Origin: the human T2T-CHM13v2.0 reference genome, Homo sapiens
Assembly: GCF_009914755.1 (NCBI RefSeq)
Contig: NC_060932.1
Direction: 5' to 3' (one strand)
Length of the DNA stretch: 64,000 nt
The translations under genes and the position numbers were made by a program. How positions within the stretch are numbered: the first letter of the stretch is position 1; every line of letters begins with the position of its first letter. This document shows positions 17,887-41,515 of this stretch, one piece after another. The notes under the pieces were generated by a model. It searched no databases. It saw only the letters and a list, made by a program, of their open reading frames with translations, and had not been told where the DNA came from.

Positions 17887-17998
17887 TGTGTGCTGTATTT
17901 ATGGAGTTTAAAGATTAATCATCCCAAAACATTGTTTCTGCTTCGGGGAAATCATGAATGCAGGCATCTTACAGACTATTTCACCTTCAAACAGGAAT
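17887..17998 (+). CDS. PPP3CC: Calcineurin A gamma exon 4 (112 nt): [37 protein letters not shown]
   Basis: ttgtag| acceptor and |gtaagt donor. Encodes the PPP-family GNHE motif. Ends in phase 1, matching the next exon. Confidence 0.97.
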
Positions 17999-18262
17999 GT
18001 AAGTATAATCACTCCTCTAGAACCTTTTTAGTTACCCTTTAACCTGTCCGAAGTAAATCAAACAGAAAGAAAAAAGAAACTAATAGAATTTAAATGCTTC
18101 CTGTCCTGTTGTTATTTTTTTCACCTGCAAAGAACTAAGATTCTATCTTCTAAAACATTTATTTTGAAAATAACTTTTGGGTTCCCCCTTGTTTATAAAA
18201 TAAATAATTCGGGATATTTGGAAAGCACAGAGAAGTCTAAAGAAGATAAAAGTGTCCATAAT

Positions 18263-19020
18263 CAGGTTGCAGTGAGCCAAGATCACGCCACTCTACTCCA
18301 GCCTGGGCGACAAAGCAAGATTCCATCTCAAAAAATAAAATAAAATAAAAGTGTCCATAATCATGCCACTTAGAGGTAATCACTGTTATCACACTATTTG
18401 AAATATGGTCTTCCATTCTTTTTTATTATTATGAAATAGTTCAGGTATACATATATCTGTATATATTTTACAAATAAAATTGGGCTCATATGTACTGTTT
18501 AATACATTTCTGTTTCACCTAATGTAGTAGCATTTTTTCCATATCATTAAGTATTTTTGACAACATGGTTTGTAAGTGTTATTTTAGTTTTTTTAAAGTA
18601 TTCCATCTTACGAACACACAATCATATATGTAGCCAATTTAGTAACAATCATAGGATATTTAGGTTGTTTCTAACTGTGACTACTGCTGTAATAGTAAAA
18701 ATAAGTTTAATATAAAAGTAGAATTATTGGCCGGGTGCGGTGGCTCACGCCTGTAATCCCAGCACTTTGGGAGGCCAAGGCAGGTGGAACACAAGGTCAG
18801 GAGTTCAAGACCAGCCTGGCCAACATGATGAAACCCCTGTCTCTACTCAAAATACAAAAATTAGCCGGGTGTGGTCGTGCGTGCCTGTAATCCCAGCTAC
18901 TCAGGACGCTGAGGCAGGAGAATGGCTTGAACCCGGGAGATGGAGGTTGTGGTGAGATCCTGCCACTGTACTCCAGCCTGGGCAACAGAGCGAGACTCCG
19001 ACTCAAAAAAAAAAGAAATA
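18263..19020 (+). mobile_element. Severely 5'-truncated Alu (~18265-18350) and full Alu (~18729-19020)
   Basis: TSD aaaagtgtccataatca flanks the short copy. Confidence 0.85.
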
Positions 19021-19043
19021 GAATTATTTTGAAAGTCAAAACA

Positions 19044-19353
<310 letters not shown>

Positions 19354-21171
19354 GAAAGTCAAAACATTACTAGCTGATTTTAAAAAACAGATAACATGGT
19401 GGGAGGCTGAGGCTAGACGATCCCTTCAGCCCAGGAGTTCTACACCAGCCTTGGCAATACAGCGAGACTCCATCTCAAAAAAACAAACTCGTAGATTTCC
19501 TTGACTAGCATCTAGTACTCATAATTGGCTGCTCACTAACAAACAGTATGATGCTGACTATGTTGGGGATGTTTGGGAGATCCTGCCCCAGGGCATTTGC
19601 ATTTTTAGTTCTTCTTTTCCCAGATCTCTATCTGCGTATAAGACATACATTCTATTTCATTCATGTCATTTATTCCGAGATTTTCTCCTCTAGTTGCTTT
19701 TCTAAATCATAATCTCATCATTTTACCCTCATACCCTGTTTCTTTTCATAGTGTTTATCAACACCTGAGATTTATGTGTATTTATTTGTTGACTGTCTTT
19801 CTCTGCCACCAGAATGTAAGCTCCATGCTAGCAGGGGTGTGTTTTGTTCACTGTTGTTTTCCCCAACACCCACAACAGTATTAGTTGCTCATAGAAGTTG
19901 CTTAGTAAATATTGGTTGAGTTCATTTGAATGAATGAGCATCTGTGATTTGTATGTTTAGAACACACTCTCGAAAAAGAATTTCTGGGTTAGGGGGCAGG
20001 CACATTTTAAAGACTTTTGGCATACTCTAAAGTAGTCTTCCAGAAAATATGTATATTGGGTTATACGCCAAAAAAATTTTTTATTTTTGTGATGAAAGTA
20101 CTGAAATAAAAGCAAAATTTTACCTGTTTTGACTTCTAAAATTTTAGCATATTCTCTATAAAATAAGGAAGCTAAACTAAATATCTTGGGTCCCATCTGG
20201 CTCTAAAATCTACCCCTTTTAACGAATCCTGAATATATAAATATACTTTAGTGTTCATATGGTTGATATTTTGATCATGGATTTCATTTTGTATCCAGAT
20301 TTTTCTGCAGATTATTATCTTAGAAAAATATATTATAAAATATTTAAACTTTTATTCCAAAAATAATTTTCAAAGTTAAAAAAACTTTTACATTTGTTTT
20401 CAGAGACTCAAAGTTTATTAATCTGCCACAGATCCCTTTACTGATAGGTAGATTGCTATTTATAGTGTTTCATATGCTCATATGAATTCTTGCTACCAGT
20501 ATCTTCTTACATTGGAGATAGTAGTTGTAATGAAAACATCCCTCCTAGTAGAGCCTCAAAGAAAAGGTCTTTGTTATTAAAAGAAATTTTAGAGGATAAT
20601 CACTTCTTAAAAAGTCCCTCTGTCAAAAGTCAGCTGCAAGAGGGCAAGATACAAATCCTTCCAGCCCTTGGTGACTTACTGGAATAAACACTTTAAATCA
20701 GCAGCTAATTACCAGGAAGTTTTAAATCTACTGTTGGTGGATGTTTAAATTGGTGTAAGTTGAGCATGGTGGCTCATGCCTGTAATCCCAGTACTTTTGG
20801 AGGCTCAGGTGAGTGGATCACTTGAGCCCAAGAGTTCAAGACCAGCCTGGTCAACATGTTGAAATCCCATCTCTACAAAATAAAACACAAAAAATTAGCT
20901 GTGCATAGAGGCACTTACCTATAGTCCCAGCTACTCAGGAGGCTGATTGAGGTGGGAGGATCACCTGAGCTCAGGAGTTTGTGGCTATAGTGAGTTGTGA
21001 TCACCACTACACTCCAGCCTGGGAGACATAGTGAGACCCTGTCTCAACAACAACAACAACAACAACAAAGATGTGAGGTATTTGAAGAGCAATTTTGTAA
21101 TATATTTATAAATTTTAAGTGCATGTCCCCTTGATCTAGCAATTTCATTTGTAGGAATTTATTATGCAGAT

Positions 21172-22109
21172 TGTGTTACTTTTTAAATGCTGCATAAAAA
21201 ATTATCACAAATTTAGTGGCTAAAAAGAACACATTTATTATCTCATAGTTATTGTAGGTCAGAAGTCCAGGCCACAGTGTGGCTAGATTCTCTGTATAGG
21301 ATCTCACTGAAATCAAGGTGTTGCCAGGGTTTCAGTTCTCATCTGGGGCTTAGGGTCTTTATCCAAGGTCACTTGTTGGCAGTCCTTGTAACTGTAGGAT
21401 TAAGGTCCCTGTTGTCCTGTTAGTTGTTGACCAGGGATGACTCTTAGCTTCCAGATACTGCTTGCAGTTCGGTAACATGTCGCCACCAGTGGTAGTTCCC
21501 AATATGAATGTTTGCTTTTTTCCAGGCCAGCCTGAATGCATCTCTCTGACCTTCTCTTCTGTGATCAGCTAGCTGGAAAAAAACCCTCACTCAGTTTTTA
21601 AAAGGCTCACCTTAGGTCAGGCATGGTGGCTCATGCCTGTAATTTCAGCACTTTGGGATGCCAAAGGGGAGAGGATCACTTGAGGCCAGGAGTTCAAGAC
21701 CAGCCTGGGCAACATAGTGAGACCTCCTCTCTGCCAAAAAGAAAATTAAAAAACTAGAATTCAGTCAGCCTGCATGGTGGTACAAGCCTGTAGTCCCGGC
21801 CAGTTAAGAAGCTGAGACTGAAGGATAGATTGAGCCTGGGTGTTTGAGATTACAGTGGGCTATGATTGTGCCACTGCACTCTAGCCTGGGTGACAGAGTG
21901 AGACCCTGTCCCTAAAAATAAATAAATAAGTAAATAAATGTTCATCTGATTAGATCAGGCCCTCCCAAGATAATCTTTCTTTTGCCATATAATGGGACAA
22001 AATAATGGGAGTCTCATCATACTTACAGTTTTCATCCACTGAAAGAGGAGTGGATTATACATACAAAGATGTAGGTCAATGCAGGTCATTTTAGAATTCG
22101 TCTACCACA
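21172..22109 (-). mobile_element. MLT1-family MaLR LTR containing an AluJ (~21615-21938)
   Basis: tg...ca termini with TSD cagat at 21167-21171 and 22110-22114. atttattatctcatagtt...gtaggtcagaagtcc motif. Confidence 0.8.
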
Positions 22110-24567
22110 CAGATATACTCACAAAAAGATAGTAAAATATGGATGCTTAAGGATGTTCACTGCAGTGTTAATTGTAACAACAACAACAACAACAAAAAGG
22201 TAATCTAAATGTCAACAAGACAGTGATGAAATAAGTGATAATATGCTTTTGAACAATGGAATGCTAGGCAGCTATTGAAAGACCAAGGTGGCCGGGTGCA
22301 GTGGCTCATGCTCATAATCCTACACTTTGGGAGGCCGAGATGGGGGCATTGCTTGAGCCCAGGAGTTCGAGACTAACATGGGCAACACAGTAGTAAGACT
22401 CTCTCTCTACAAAAAATTTAAAAATTAGCTGAGTGTGGTGGCATGTGCCTATAGTTGCAGCTACTTGGGAGGCTGAGGCAGGAGGATTGCATGAGCCCAG
22501 GAATTCAAGGCTGCAGTCAGCTATGATCACCACACTCCAGCCTGGGTGACAGAGCAAGACTCTGTCTCCAAAAACAAAAGACAGACAGACCAAGGTAGAC
22601 CCATAATATGTACTGATATGGAGAGATGCTAAGATATTTTATAAGGCATTTGCAGAGCATGTAAATGGTCATCTCCTTTGTAAATTAAAAATATATAATG
22701 TACAGAAGAAATCATTAACAGTGGGAGGTTGGGTTAGGAGGACTTAGAGGGTTTTTTTGTTTTGTTTTTGTTTTGTTTTTGTTTTTTTAGATGCAATGTT
22801 GACATGTTGCCCAGGCTAATCTCAAACTCATGCAATCCTCCAGCCTTAGCCTCCTAAATAGCTGGGACTATAAGTGCATGCCATCGCGCATGGCTTACTT
22901 TTAATTTTATATCCTCTCTAGTATTGTTTGAATTATTTTTTACCACCACTATGTACTACTTTTATAATTATTATTATTTTTCAAATTGGTAATTTAAAAA
23001 TTACCCAGTTGGGGCCCAAGCATTTGAAAAGCTTTGTAAGCACCCAAGGTAGTTCAGCTGTGTGCTGCTGGTTAAGAACGACGGCTCTGGAGTCTTTAGG
23101 AAGCTTCTACTATCTGTCGTTTGGGAACCACTTCACCAAATACAAAAATGGGAAATATTTTATTTTATATTATTTTTCTAAACCAAATTTTAGGGTATTC
23201 CTTAACACCTTCATTTCTTACCTGGGAAAATTAAATAATGTGTATAAGTTAACAAATGCCCTGGAATGTAATACTCGATAAAAGCTAATTTTATGAATTA
23301 GGAGTAGATATGTAGTGAAGAAAGCTGCCTATGGCTGCCTTTGTTTTGAATTAAGTTTCAGAGGGTTTTTTAGGTGACATTTTTCTTAATTATTCTTTTG
23401 TCTTATCAGATTTTTTTTATTTTTAATTTTTATGGGTATATAGTAGGTGTATCTATTTATGGAATACATGAGATATTTTGATACAGGGATGCAATGTGTA
23501 ATAATAACATCAGGGATTTTTTTGACAGACTATTTTTAGAAGATGGAACAATAGGTCCTGGAAACATTTTAAGTATCTCCTTTTGCCCAGAATTTCTTAC
23601 CTTAGGTTTTTATTTGCTTTTCACGTGATTTAACTGTAGTTAAACCTGATGGCTTTCTTTTTCTCCTATCTACCAAGATATTCCTTCTTTTTTATTATAA
23701 TGCTGCATCTGAAATGTAAATAAATCTTGGAACAAGCACACAGATTCAAGTATAAGTTTAAAATTTTATTCTTGTATAAGGAGAGAGCATGTGTGTTGCT
23801 CTGCATGGGTGTTTTTACTGATAAGCTGATCTCTCTTCAGTGGCCACTGTGGCTTTTAGAACTAGCATCTTATCATTAATAAGGGAGGCTTAGTTTCAGA
23901 TTGTGCAGCTGTAATCTTGTTCATGTTTTTAAGAGGGAGGTGGGTGAAGGCTTTTCTTGTATCAATCTTAAATTGCTTTATAATGCAGAGATTTTTTAAA
24001 AAATATTCCTTTCTTTATGGAAAAGTAATAATGTTTTTTTTTAAATTGATGTATAATAGTTGTACGTATTTTTGAGGTACATGTGATATTTTTACTATAT
24101 GTATACAATGTATAATTATTATCAAGTCAGGGTAACTGCAGTATCCATCGCCTCAAACATTTATTTTTTCTTTGTCTAACAGTTAAACAAAATTTATTTT
24201 TTTAAGAGACAGGGTCTCATTCTGTTGTCCAGGCTTGAGTACAATTGTGTAATCATAGCTCACTGCAACTTTGAACTCCTGGGCTTAAGTGATTCTCTTG
24301 CCTCAGCTTCCCGAGTAGCTGGGACTGTAGGTGTGTGCCACCATGCCTGGCTAATTTTTAAATTTTTTGTAGAGACTGAGTCTCGCCTATGTTGCCAAGG
24401 CTGAACTTGAACTCCCCAAAGGATCCTTCCGCCTTAGCCTCCCAGAGTGCTGAGATTACAGATGTGAGCTGCCATGCCTAGCCCCTAACAGTTAATTTTT
24501 GACATATCATTTGTTTTTGCAAAAATATTTCTTCATTGTTATGTACTTAGAAAGCAAGAAACATAGT

Positions 24568-24626
24568 GCCTGCCTCCCTCCCTCCTTCCCTCCCTCCCTC
24601 CCTCCCTCCCTTCTTTCCTTCCTTCC
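24568..24626. repeat. (CCCT)n/(CCTT)n repeat
   Basis: Direct reading; forms the tail of an antisense Alu fragment. Confidence 0.85.
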
Positions 24627-24884
24627 GTCTTGCTCTGTTCCCTAGGTTGGAACACACTGGTAAAATCATTGCTTACTACAGCCTCAACCTCCCAGGCTCA
24701 AGTGGTCCCTACACCTCAGCCTCCTGAGTAGCTGGGACTACAGGCACGAGCTCTCATGCCCAGCCTATTTTTATGTTTTTATGTATTTATTTATTTATTT
24801 TCTTTGAAGGAACCTCGTGTTTATATTATTCCACAAATACTCTGGGTGCAACCTCATAGCTCTGGATCAGAGTTTCTAAAGTAA

Positions 24885-25037
<153 letters not shown>

Positions 25038-25454
25038 TGAGTAGCTGGGATTCCAGGCACGCACCACCACGCCTGGCTAATTTTTATATTTTTAGTAGAG
25101 ACAGGGTTTCACTATGTTGGTCAGGCTGGTCTCAAACTCCTGACCTCGTGATCCACCTGCCTCGGCCTCCCAAAGTGCTGGGATTACAGGCGTGAGCCAC
25201 CATGCCCGGCCCTTCCATGAACCATTTTTTTAAATGTATAGTTAAATAGCTTACTGACAAGTTCCAGAAACTCCTGTAATTTTACTAATGAAAGCAGTAT
25301 TGTTATGACAACTGGATTTTTTAAAAAAATAAATACTGTTTGTCATTGCTCATTGCAGCATTTTTTAGAGTAGCAAAAGATTGATCTAATTAGATTGTGG
25401 TATATTCATAAAGCGAAATACTAGGTAAATGTTAAAAAAATTACAAAGCTCTCC

Positions 25455-26292
25455 TGTAGGGGAGGCAAAATTTTACCTTTACTCTCAGGGTTTTTCAGCT
25501 GGGCCTGAGAATTAAATTGACATGAGATAAATTAATAGGAGAAGAGCATATAAATTTATTTAATATAAGTTCTACATGACATAGGAGCCGCTATAAGGAA
25601 ATGAAGATCCAGAGACTCAGAGTTGAACACTTACATGCTGAATCGGACAAAAAGTAGTAAGTTGTGAAAAAGTAACTAAATGATGTGAGGAGGCTAGAAG
25701 ATAAGAGTTATTTGAATTCAGTCTCAACTATTAATCCTTGGTGATAACAATGTTATTTTCCTTCTAGTACAGGGAGGGCATCTTTTCTTTTTTTTTTTTA
25801 ACTTTTATTTTAGGTTCAGGGGTACATGTGCAGGTTTGTTATATAGGCAAACTTGTGTCATAGGGGTTTGCTATACAGATTATTTTGTCACCCAGGCACT
25901 AAGCCTAGTACCCAGTAGTTATTTTTTCTGATCCTCTCCCTCCTCCTACCCTCCATTTTTAAGTAAGTCTCAGTGTCTGTTGTTCTGGGAGGGCATCTTT
26001 CAAATGGGAATTTCATCTCCTGCTTTTAAAAAGCAGCATGAGCCAGGCACTGTGGCACGTGCCTGTAATCACAGCTACTTGGGAGGCTGAAGTGGGAAGA
26101 TCGCTTGAGCCCAAGAGTTTGAGACCATCCTGGGCATGTAACAAGACCCCATTTCAAAAAAAAAAGAAGAAACAGCATGAAGGCCAGAGTGATCTTCTTG
26201 TACGTGTGGTTTTTCAAGTGCCTTTAACTCAAAGTTGTCAGTGTGCCAGAGTGGTGTATTTTGGGGTGGCATATTCTTAACTCCACTCTTCA
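25455..26292 (-). mobile_element. ERV1 LTR (MER34/MER39-like) with a nested L1 3' fragment and an Alu monomer
   Basis: tgtagggga...ttttggggtggcatattc...ttca. Nested L1 at 25786-25986 with 14-bp TSD gggagggcatcttt. Alu monomer at ~26042-26170. Confidence 0.6.
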
Positions 26293-26666
26293 TCTGAAGA
26301 TGTGGCATGATAGCCAAAATACGTTCTTAAGTACGAAAAGCAAGTAAAGAACAGTACATATATGCTATCATTTATGTAAAAACCAAAAGGATGTTTTGGA
26401 AAGAGAAGAAACATATATGTCTGCATGTGTATGCATAGAACATCTTTGTAAAGACACCCAGGAAACTGGTAATATTGGTTACCTGCAGAGAGAGGGCAGG
26501 AGGCACATTATACCCTTTTGTGGCTTCTAAAATTTGAGCTATGTTGGGGCCAGGCACCGTGGCTCACGCCTGTAATCCCAGCACTTTGGGAGGCCGAGGC
26601 GGGCAGATCACAAGGCCAGGAGATTGAGACCATCCTGGCGAACACAGTGAAACCCCGTCTCTACTA

Positions 26667-26822
<156 letters not shown>

Positions 26823-26871
26823 TTAATTAATTAATTAAATTAAATAAATAAAAAATAAAAAATTTGAGCTA

Positions 26872-27240
<369 letters not shown>

Positions 27241-29523
27241 TTATGGGATATATCCTAAAATTTGTCTTGAAAATAAAGCAATTGAATCAGCTAATTTAAC
27301 CTCTGGGAATTATGTATTTGGCTATTTAGATTCTCCTATTCAAAATCTTATTTAAAAATAATGATTAGGAGGAATATTAGAGGGTCATTAAGAGCATGAA
27401 CAGGTTTAAGTCTCAGTTCTGCCAGTTACTTGCTTGCAGCTTTGGGCAGGTAAGCCTAATTTCCTCAGTTTTTAAATGAAGACAGTAATAATACCTACTT
27501 CACAGGGTTTCTGTGAGTATTAAATACTTTCATCAGTTAACACAGTATGTACTAAGTGCCAGCATTATTCTGCATATTTTACATAAATGAATTCATTTAA
27601 TCCTCACAGCAACCCTGAATCTACTGTTTAGGGTGTTATTATTATTATGACCATAGATAAGGAAACCAAGGCACAGAGAGTTAAAATTTTTATCCAAGGT
27701 CCCATAGCTAGTATGTGGAGGGGGCTGCAGTTCTTCAAATCAGGCAACAAGTTCCAGACTCCATTCTCTTCACCACCATGCCATGCCAAATGCTTAACTC
27801 ACTGACAGACACATCATGAGCCTTCAATACATTTAAATAATAAAGGTAATATAGGCCAGGTACAAGTGCAGTACCTCATGCCTGTAATCCCAGCACTTTG
27901 GGAGGCTGGGGCAGGAGGATTGCTTGAGGCCAGGAATTGAAGACCAACCTGGGCAGCATATCGAGACCCTGTCTCTACAAGTAATTTTTAAAAATTAGCT
28001 GGGTGTGGTGGTGTGCGCTTGTAGTCCCAGCTACTTAGAAGATTAGACAGGAGGACCACTTGATCCTAGGAGCTTGAGGTTACAGTGAGCTATGATTGCA
28101 CTACTGCACTCCAGCCTAGGCAACAGTAAGATCCTGTCTCTAAAAAAATTTTTTTAAAAGGTAGTATAATAATAAATGTTATTATATAAAGATTACATAT
28201 TCATCATAAAAAAGAAAGAACAGCTAAACTAAGAAAAATATAGATACCATTGTCAGTCTAACCCCTCAGAAAATTAAATACTGGTAATTATATATGCAAT
28301 TCATATACTTTGAAAAAATGAACATGGTGATATTTCATAGCCTATTTTATTCACATATTAATATAACATGAACTTCTTTTTGCTTAATTTTTGACCTCCT
28401 GTTTTAATTTACAAAATGACAATACACTTCCTTACTTGTCCAGACTTGGCATTCTTTTTTGGAAGTAGGCTAAGGAATTATTTTGAGTCATTCTTGGGAT
28501 TGAAAGGCATTTATCAATGTAAGATGTTATGGAGCATAAATTAATAAGTAATTGAAATTCCTACCTCTATTCAAGTGTGGAACTCCCATGGAGGAATTCC
28601 TTACTGACACTGGCAACAGAGGGAACTCTGGTTCCTAGGATTTTCAGGAGAAAAAGTCAATCACTGACCACAAATTAAAGAGTTTTCTGTTTGTTTTTTA
28701 CTTCCAACAGACTTTATGGCCAATGCTGGATCTACTTTGAAATGGGCAAAATTTAAAACAAAGCAGAGTATAAGGATGTAACTGTAAGGAGAGGCAATGA
28801 TGCATAAGACATGGTTCTTGTGAACTTTGAGCTCCTAATAAAGTTAGCATATGTTGTGGAATAGATTATGCTGACTGCTACAACAGCAATACAAAATGTT
28901 CTGAAAACCTCAAAGAAACCCACAGGCTCCCTTAATGAACTCAAACCCTAATCACCCAGTATTGGCGTTAAAGAGAAATCTTCACACTCAGGGATGGAAG
29001 GCCTTACAACCTCAAGCGTGGTCTACTGGTTTACACTTTCCTTAGGGATCTCTCTCTTAATCATTCCTGCCACCCATATAGTACTGCAGTCTGGCCCAAA
29101 TCTGGACCCATCATTCTTCACTTTATTCCCCAAAACCTTGCCAGGACCAGGCTCTGATCCTTAAATATGTCTTTCTAAAGGCTTAGAGATCACAAAAAGG
29201 AAATAAACACAGAAATAATTACCAACTAGATAGTCTGACTCACTCGATACAGCTTTGGTCTCTTGGTCCTGTAGGCCACCTCATCTTCCCAGAATCCTGG
29301 AAGAGGAGAAGGAGCTCACGGTTCTGCAGGGTTGCCTGACTATATTTCTCGTCTTCTCTACCCACACACATCCCTGAGCACAGCTTGACTTTTTGAAACC
29401 AAGGCCAAGGAAGAAGAAAATGTTCCTTTTTCTCTTTAAACACCCATTTTCCAGTTTCCCACCTATTATTTCATGACTTTTCCTTTCCAGAGATTTGTAG
29501 AGACTCCTCCTTCCACCCACTGA

Positions 29524-30280
<757 letters not shown>

Positions 30281-30974
30281 TGACATTTTATTGATGTCTC
30301 TTAAGACTCCAGTTTCCACTTATATATCTTCAACACCCCTAAGAGATCTTTAAGACCCAATAAAATATTCAGACTCACAAGACTACCATGGACCCTAGTT
30401 GTCATCCATATACTTAAAAGGATATAGGTCAGGAAGGGCAGCACTGGGCATTCCTTTTCAGTGGAGTGGTCCTCACAGGAGTGCATACCGCAGTCCAGCA
30501 GCTTTCCATCTCTCTTGCCCCCTCCCATCTTCTCACCAGCTCAGGTACAAGGAAATATCCACAGTGGGAAGATTAGGGAGCCATCCTGGTATAGAAGCCT
30601 CGTGCATCAAAAATGTCAATGTGTGTTGTAAAACTACCTTCAGAGGAGCCCAAAGCTATAGCTTCCCACCAGGTAACTGGGTAATTTTTACCACAAGCCA
30701 TGTTGCCTAATAACACAGTGGACAGTCACCTTATCACATTTCCAAGCAACAGAGCTGGAAAGTTAATCCAAGGTCACACTTGTCTTTAAGAGGAGAGAGG
30801 TATTGTTAACCTATTATCCACAACTTTTCAAAAGTATCTTTACAAAGATAATTGTGCTTTCAAATCATCTAAAATAAATGGCTCTAAAGTAGCTTCATAT
30901 TCTCCTGGCCTATATCCTTTTTCAAATGTGATACGTTTTAGTTCTTCCATTGACTGGTTTTCCTTTTTTGTTAG

Positions 30975-31120
30975 GTCGAATCAAATATTCGGAACAGGTG
31001 TATGATGCCTGTATGGAGACATTTGACTGTCTTCCTCTTGCTGCCCTCTTAAACCAGCAGTTTCTCTGTGTACATGGAGGAATGTCACCTGAAATTACTT
31101 CTTTAGATGACATTAGGAAA
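30975..31120 (+). CDS. PPP3CC: PPP3CC exon 5 (146 nt): (C)[48 protein letters not shown]
   Basis: ttag| and |gtaagt. HGG motif. Overlaps ORF 30950..31198. Confidence 0.97.
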
Positions 31121-32651
31121 GTAAGTAATCTTTTATTATTCTCACAGGGAATATTTTTAAAATGTGTTGGGTTTTTTTGTTGTTGTTGTTTGCTTTGAGA
31201 CAGAGTCTCTCTCTTTCACCCGGGCTGAAGTACAGTGGTGCTATCTCAGCTCACTGCAACCTCCGCCTCCCTGGTTCAGCCTCCCGAGTAGCTGGATACA
31301 GGTGCACACCACCACACCTGGCTAATTTTTGTATTTTTAGTAGAGACGGGGTTTCACCATGTTGGCCAGGCTGGTCTTGAACTCCTGACCTCAACTGATC
31401 TGCCCACTTTGGCCTCCCAAAGTGCTGGGATTACAGGTGTGAGCCACCGCACGCCTGGCCTAAAATTTGTTTCTTATTGCAGTCAACCAATATATCTTTA
31501 GCTGAAATCTTTAAAATATAGATAATGAAAAGTAAGAAAATGGAAGTTACCTCTGATTTCATCACTATAACTACTGTTAACATTTTGATATGTACCTACC
31601 ACAAATTGTAATTTTTAATGAGCTCTATGTTTTTACCAACTAGAAAGCTAACATTCTTGTAGTATAGTCCTGAAACTTTGAATTATATCGCAGTGCAAAA
31701 GGAAGGAAACCAGGGTTCTAATCACAGTCCTGCCATTAACTGTGTAACCTTAACCAAGTTATTGAACCTCTTAGTCACATTTCTTCTCTATGAAATGAGG
31801 AAGTTGGAAGGGATGGTCTGAGGACACTGCCAGCTCCGAAATGCATTGGCTTTGACATTTTAGATGATACGGTTTCATTGTTTTACTTGCCTTCCTTGGT
31901 GATTATTATTTCCAAGATTCTGTATCTTCATTATGGAAAAAGATGACCAATTTTTATTGTACATGGTTGTCTTATCTTCTCTACCTTTGAATTCTTCTAC
32001 CTGTCTCTCTGTCTTTTTTAATCAAAGTGATAGATACTCATCCTCTCTTACAGGTACTGAGACTAAAAATTTTTCTGTTTATAAAACTATTTTCTCTGAA
32101 GAAAGTCTCCTCAGGGTAAGAGGGTGTACCTATATGTACTGGCTTTCCTCTTGCCTTACTGTCTTTTAAGTAACCAGCATTTCTCTTTTACATAGTAAAA
32201 TATGAATTTTATAATTCTGAATCAATTGTATCAATAAAAAGCTCTTTCACGCAGTAGAAATTCTCTTCTTGGCATTCAGCTATTCTATTACTTGTTTTCT
32301 CTTGGTTTTTATGCTTTCAACTAAAGCAGCAGTGACTAAAGGCTTAAGTTAATAACTCATATTGAAATACCTCAACTGCATAGACTGGAAAGGATAAATG
32401 CCCTTACAAAATTAGCATTCTTTAAAATAAAGAAATCTCCACTGGAATGAGGTTTGCAATGAACAGAACCATTGTAAAACATTTCTGCTCTCATGGTAAC
32501 ATTGGCTCACCTAGACAAATAAAATTAATTTTATATAGTCATAGTCTTTCTAAAATAGTATATCTCTATAGTGGTTGATTTCACATTTGAATTAAATTAG
32601 CACTGCTTTACGATTAGGATGTAAGAGAGTCTTTTACTACAGTATGGTTAG

Positions 32652-32747
<96 letters not shown>

Positions 32748-32803
32748 TGAGGTCAGGAGTTCGAGACCAGCCTGACCAACATGGAGAAACCCCATCTCTA
32801 CTA

Positions 32804-32962
<159 letters not shown>

Positions 32963-33180
32963 TCAAAAAAAAAAAAAATTTATTTCAGAAAAATAATAAA
33001 AATTATGTATCTAAAATTGTTAAGTGTTCCTTTTCTTGCAGGAAAGTCCTTTAGGGGCACACTGGCTTCTCTCCTAATACATTCTTGTGGGTGAAAGGGG
33101 TTTTTCTTTGACACATACTAGTTTCCAAGAAGCCTTTTGCTCTCCTGATTTTTTTCTTTTGGCTTTTGTGTGTCTTCTAG

Positions 33181-33320
33181 TTAGACAGGTTTACGGAACC
33201 TCCCGCCTTTGGACCTGTGTGTGACCTGCTTTGGTCTGATCCCTCAGAGGATTATGGCAATGAGAAGACCTTGGAGCACTATACCCACAACACTGTCCGA
33301 GGGTGCTCTTATTTCTACAG
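33181..33320 (+). CDS. PPP3CC: PPP3CC exon 6 (140 nt): [46 protein letters not shown]
   Basis: ctag| and |gtaagc. DLLWSDP and RG motifs of PPP phosphatases. Confidence 0.97.
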
Positions 33321-34364
33321 GTAAGCTAGTCCTTGAGGTCGAAAATTATGAAAGGAAACTGTAATTCATTTTATCAGATGATTTTTCAGCATTTTATATT
33401 TCAAATCTATGTAGTATAAGCACTCCTGTTTAATTTTTCGATTAATAGGAGGCAAGAAACTTGTTTGTTTGTTGGCTTTTTATATTTTCTTAGGTATATA
33501 TCCTAAGAAGTGTAATACACCAAACATGATTGGACATCCTGCAGTGCTCTGATATTTTTGTCTGACTCTAAGTGATCTAGACTATTTGTTCCTAAACATT
33601 ATCTATACACTTTTTTAAAAAAAATTAAAGCTTTCTTGGCTCTTTCCCCAGAGATTCTAATACACTAGGTCTGAGAGGAATCCTATTGTATTTTCAAAAG
33701 CTCTCCAAATTTTGTAACCACTAGTATAGACTAAGATATAAAAAGAACAGGACATTGTGAACTAAGCCCAGTACATTTCCTGGAAGTTGGCTGTTGTTTT
33801 AAATTTCACAGGAGCTTTCATTATGATTAGACACTCAAAAATAGGAAGACAGGCAGGGCGTGGTGGCTCACGCCTATAATCCCAGCTCTTTGGGGTGCCT
33901 AGGCGGGCGGATCACTTAAGGCCAGGAGTTCGAGACCAGCCTGGCCAACATGGCAAAACCCCATCTCTGCTAAAAATAAAAAAATTAGCCAGATGTGGTG
34001 GCAACACGCCTGTAATCCCAGCTAATTGGGAGACTTCAGGCAAGAGAATCACTTGAACCTGGGAGGTGTAGGTTGCAGTGAGCCAAGATTGTGCCACTAC
34101 ACACCAACCTGTGCAACAGAGCAAGACTCTGTCTCCAAAAAAAAAAAAAAAAAAAGGAAGACATAAGAGAAGTTGGAAATCTAAATTATTTTTAATCCCA
34201 GTATTTTATTGTGGCAAATAATACATATATTTATTTCCCTAAAAATCTCTGTTAATTGGCTAAGATAATGTGTTCATTAGAATACACACATGCACACACA
34301 CATGAAACTTTGATTTCGCCATTACTTTTAGCATTCTTCTAAACAACCTTTTTTTCTTTAAAAA

Positions 34365-41515
<7,151 letters not shown>

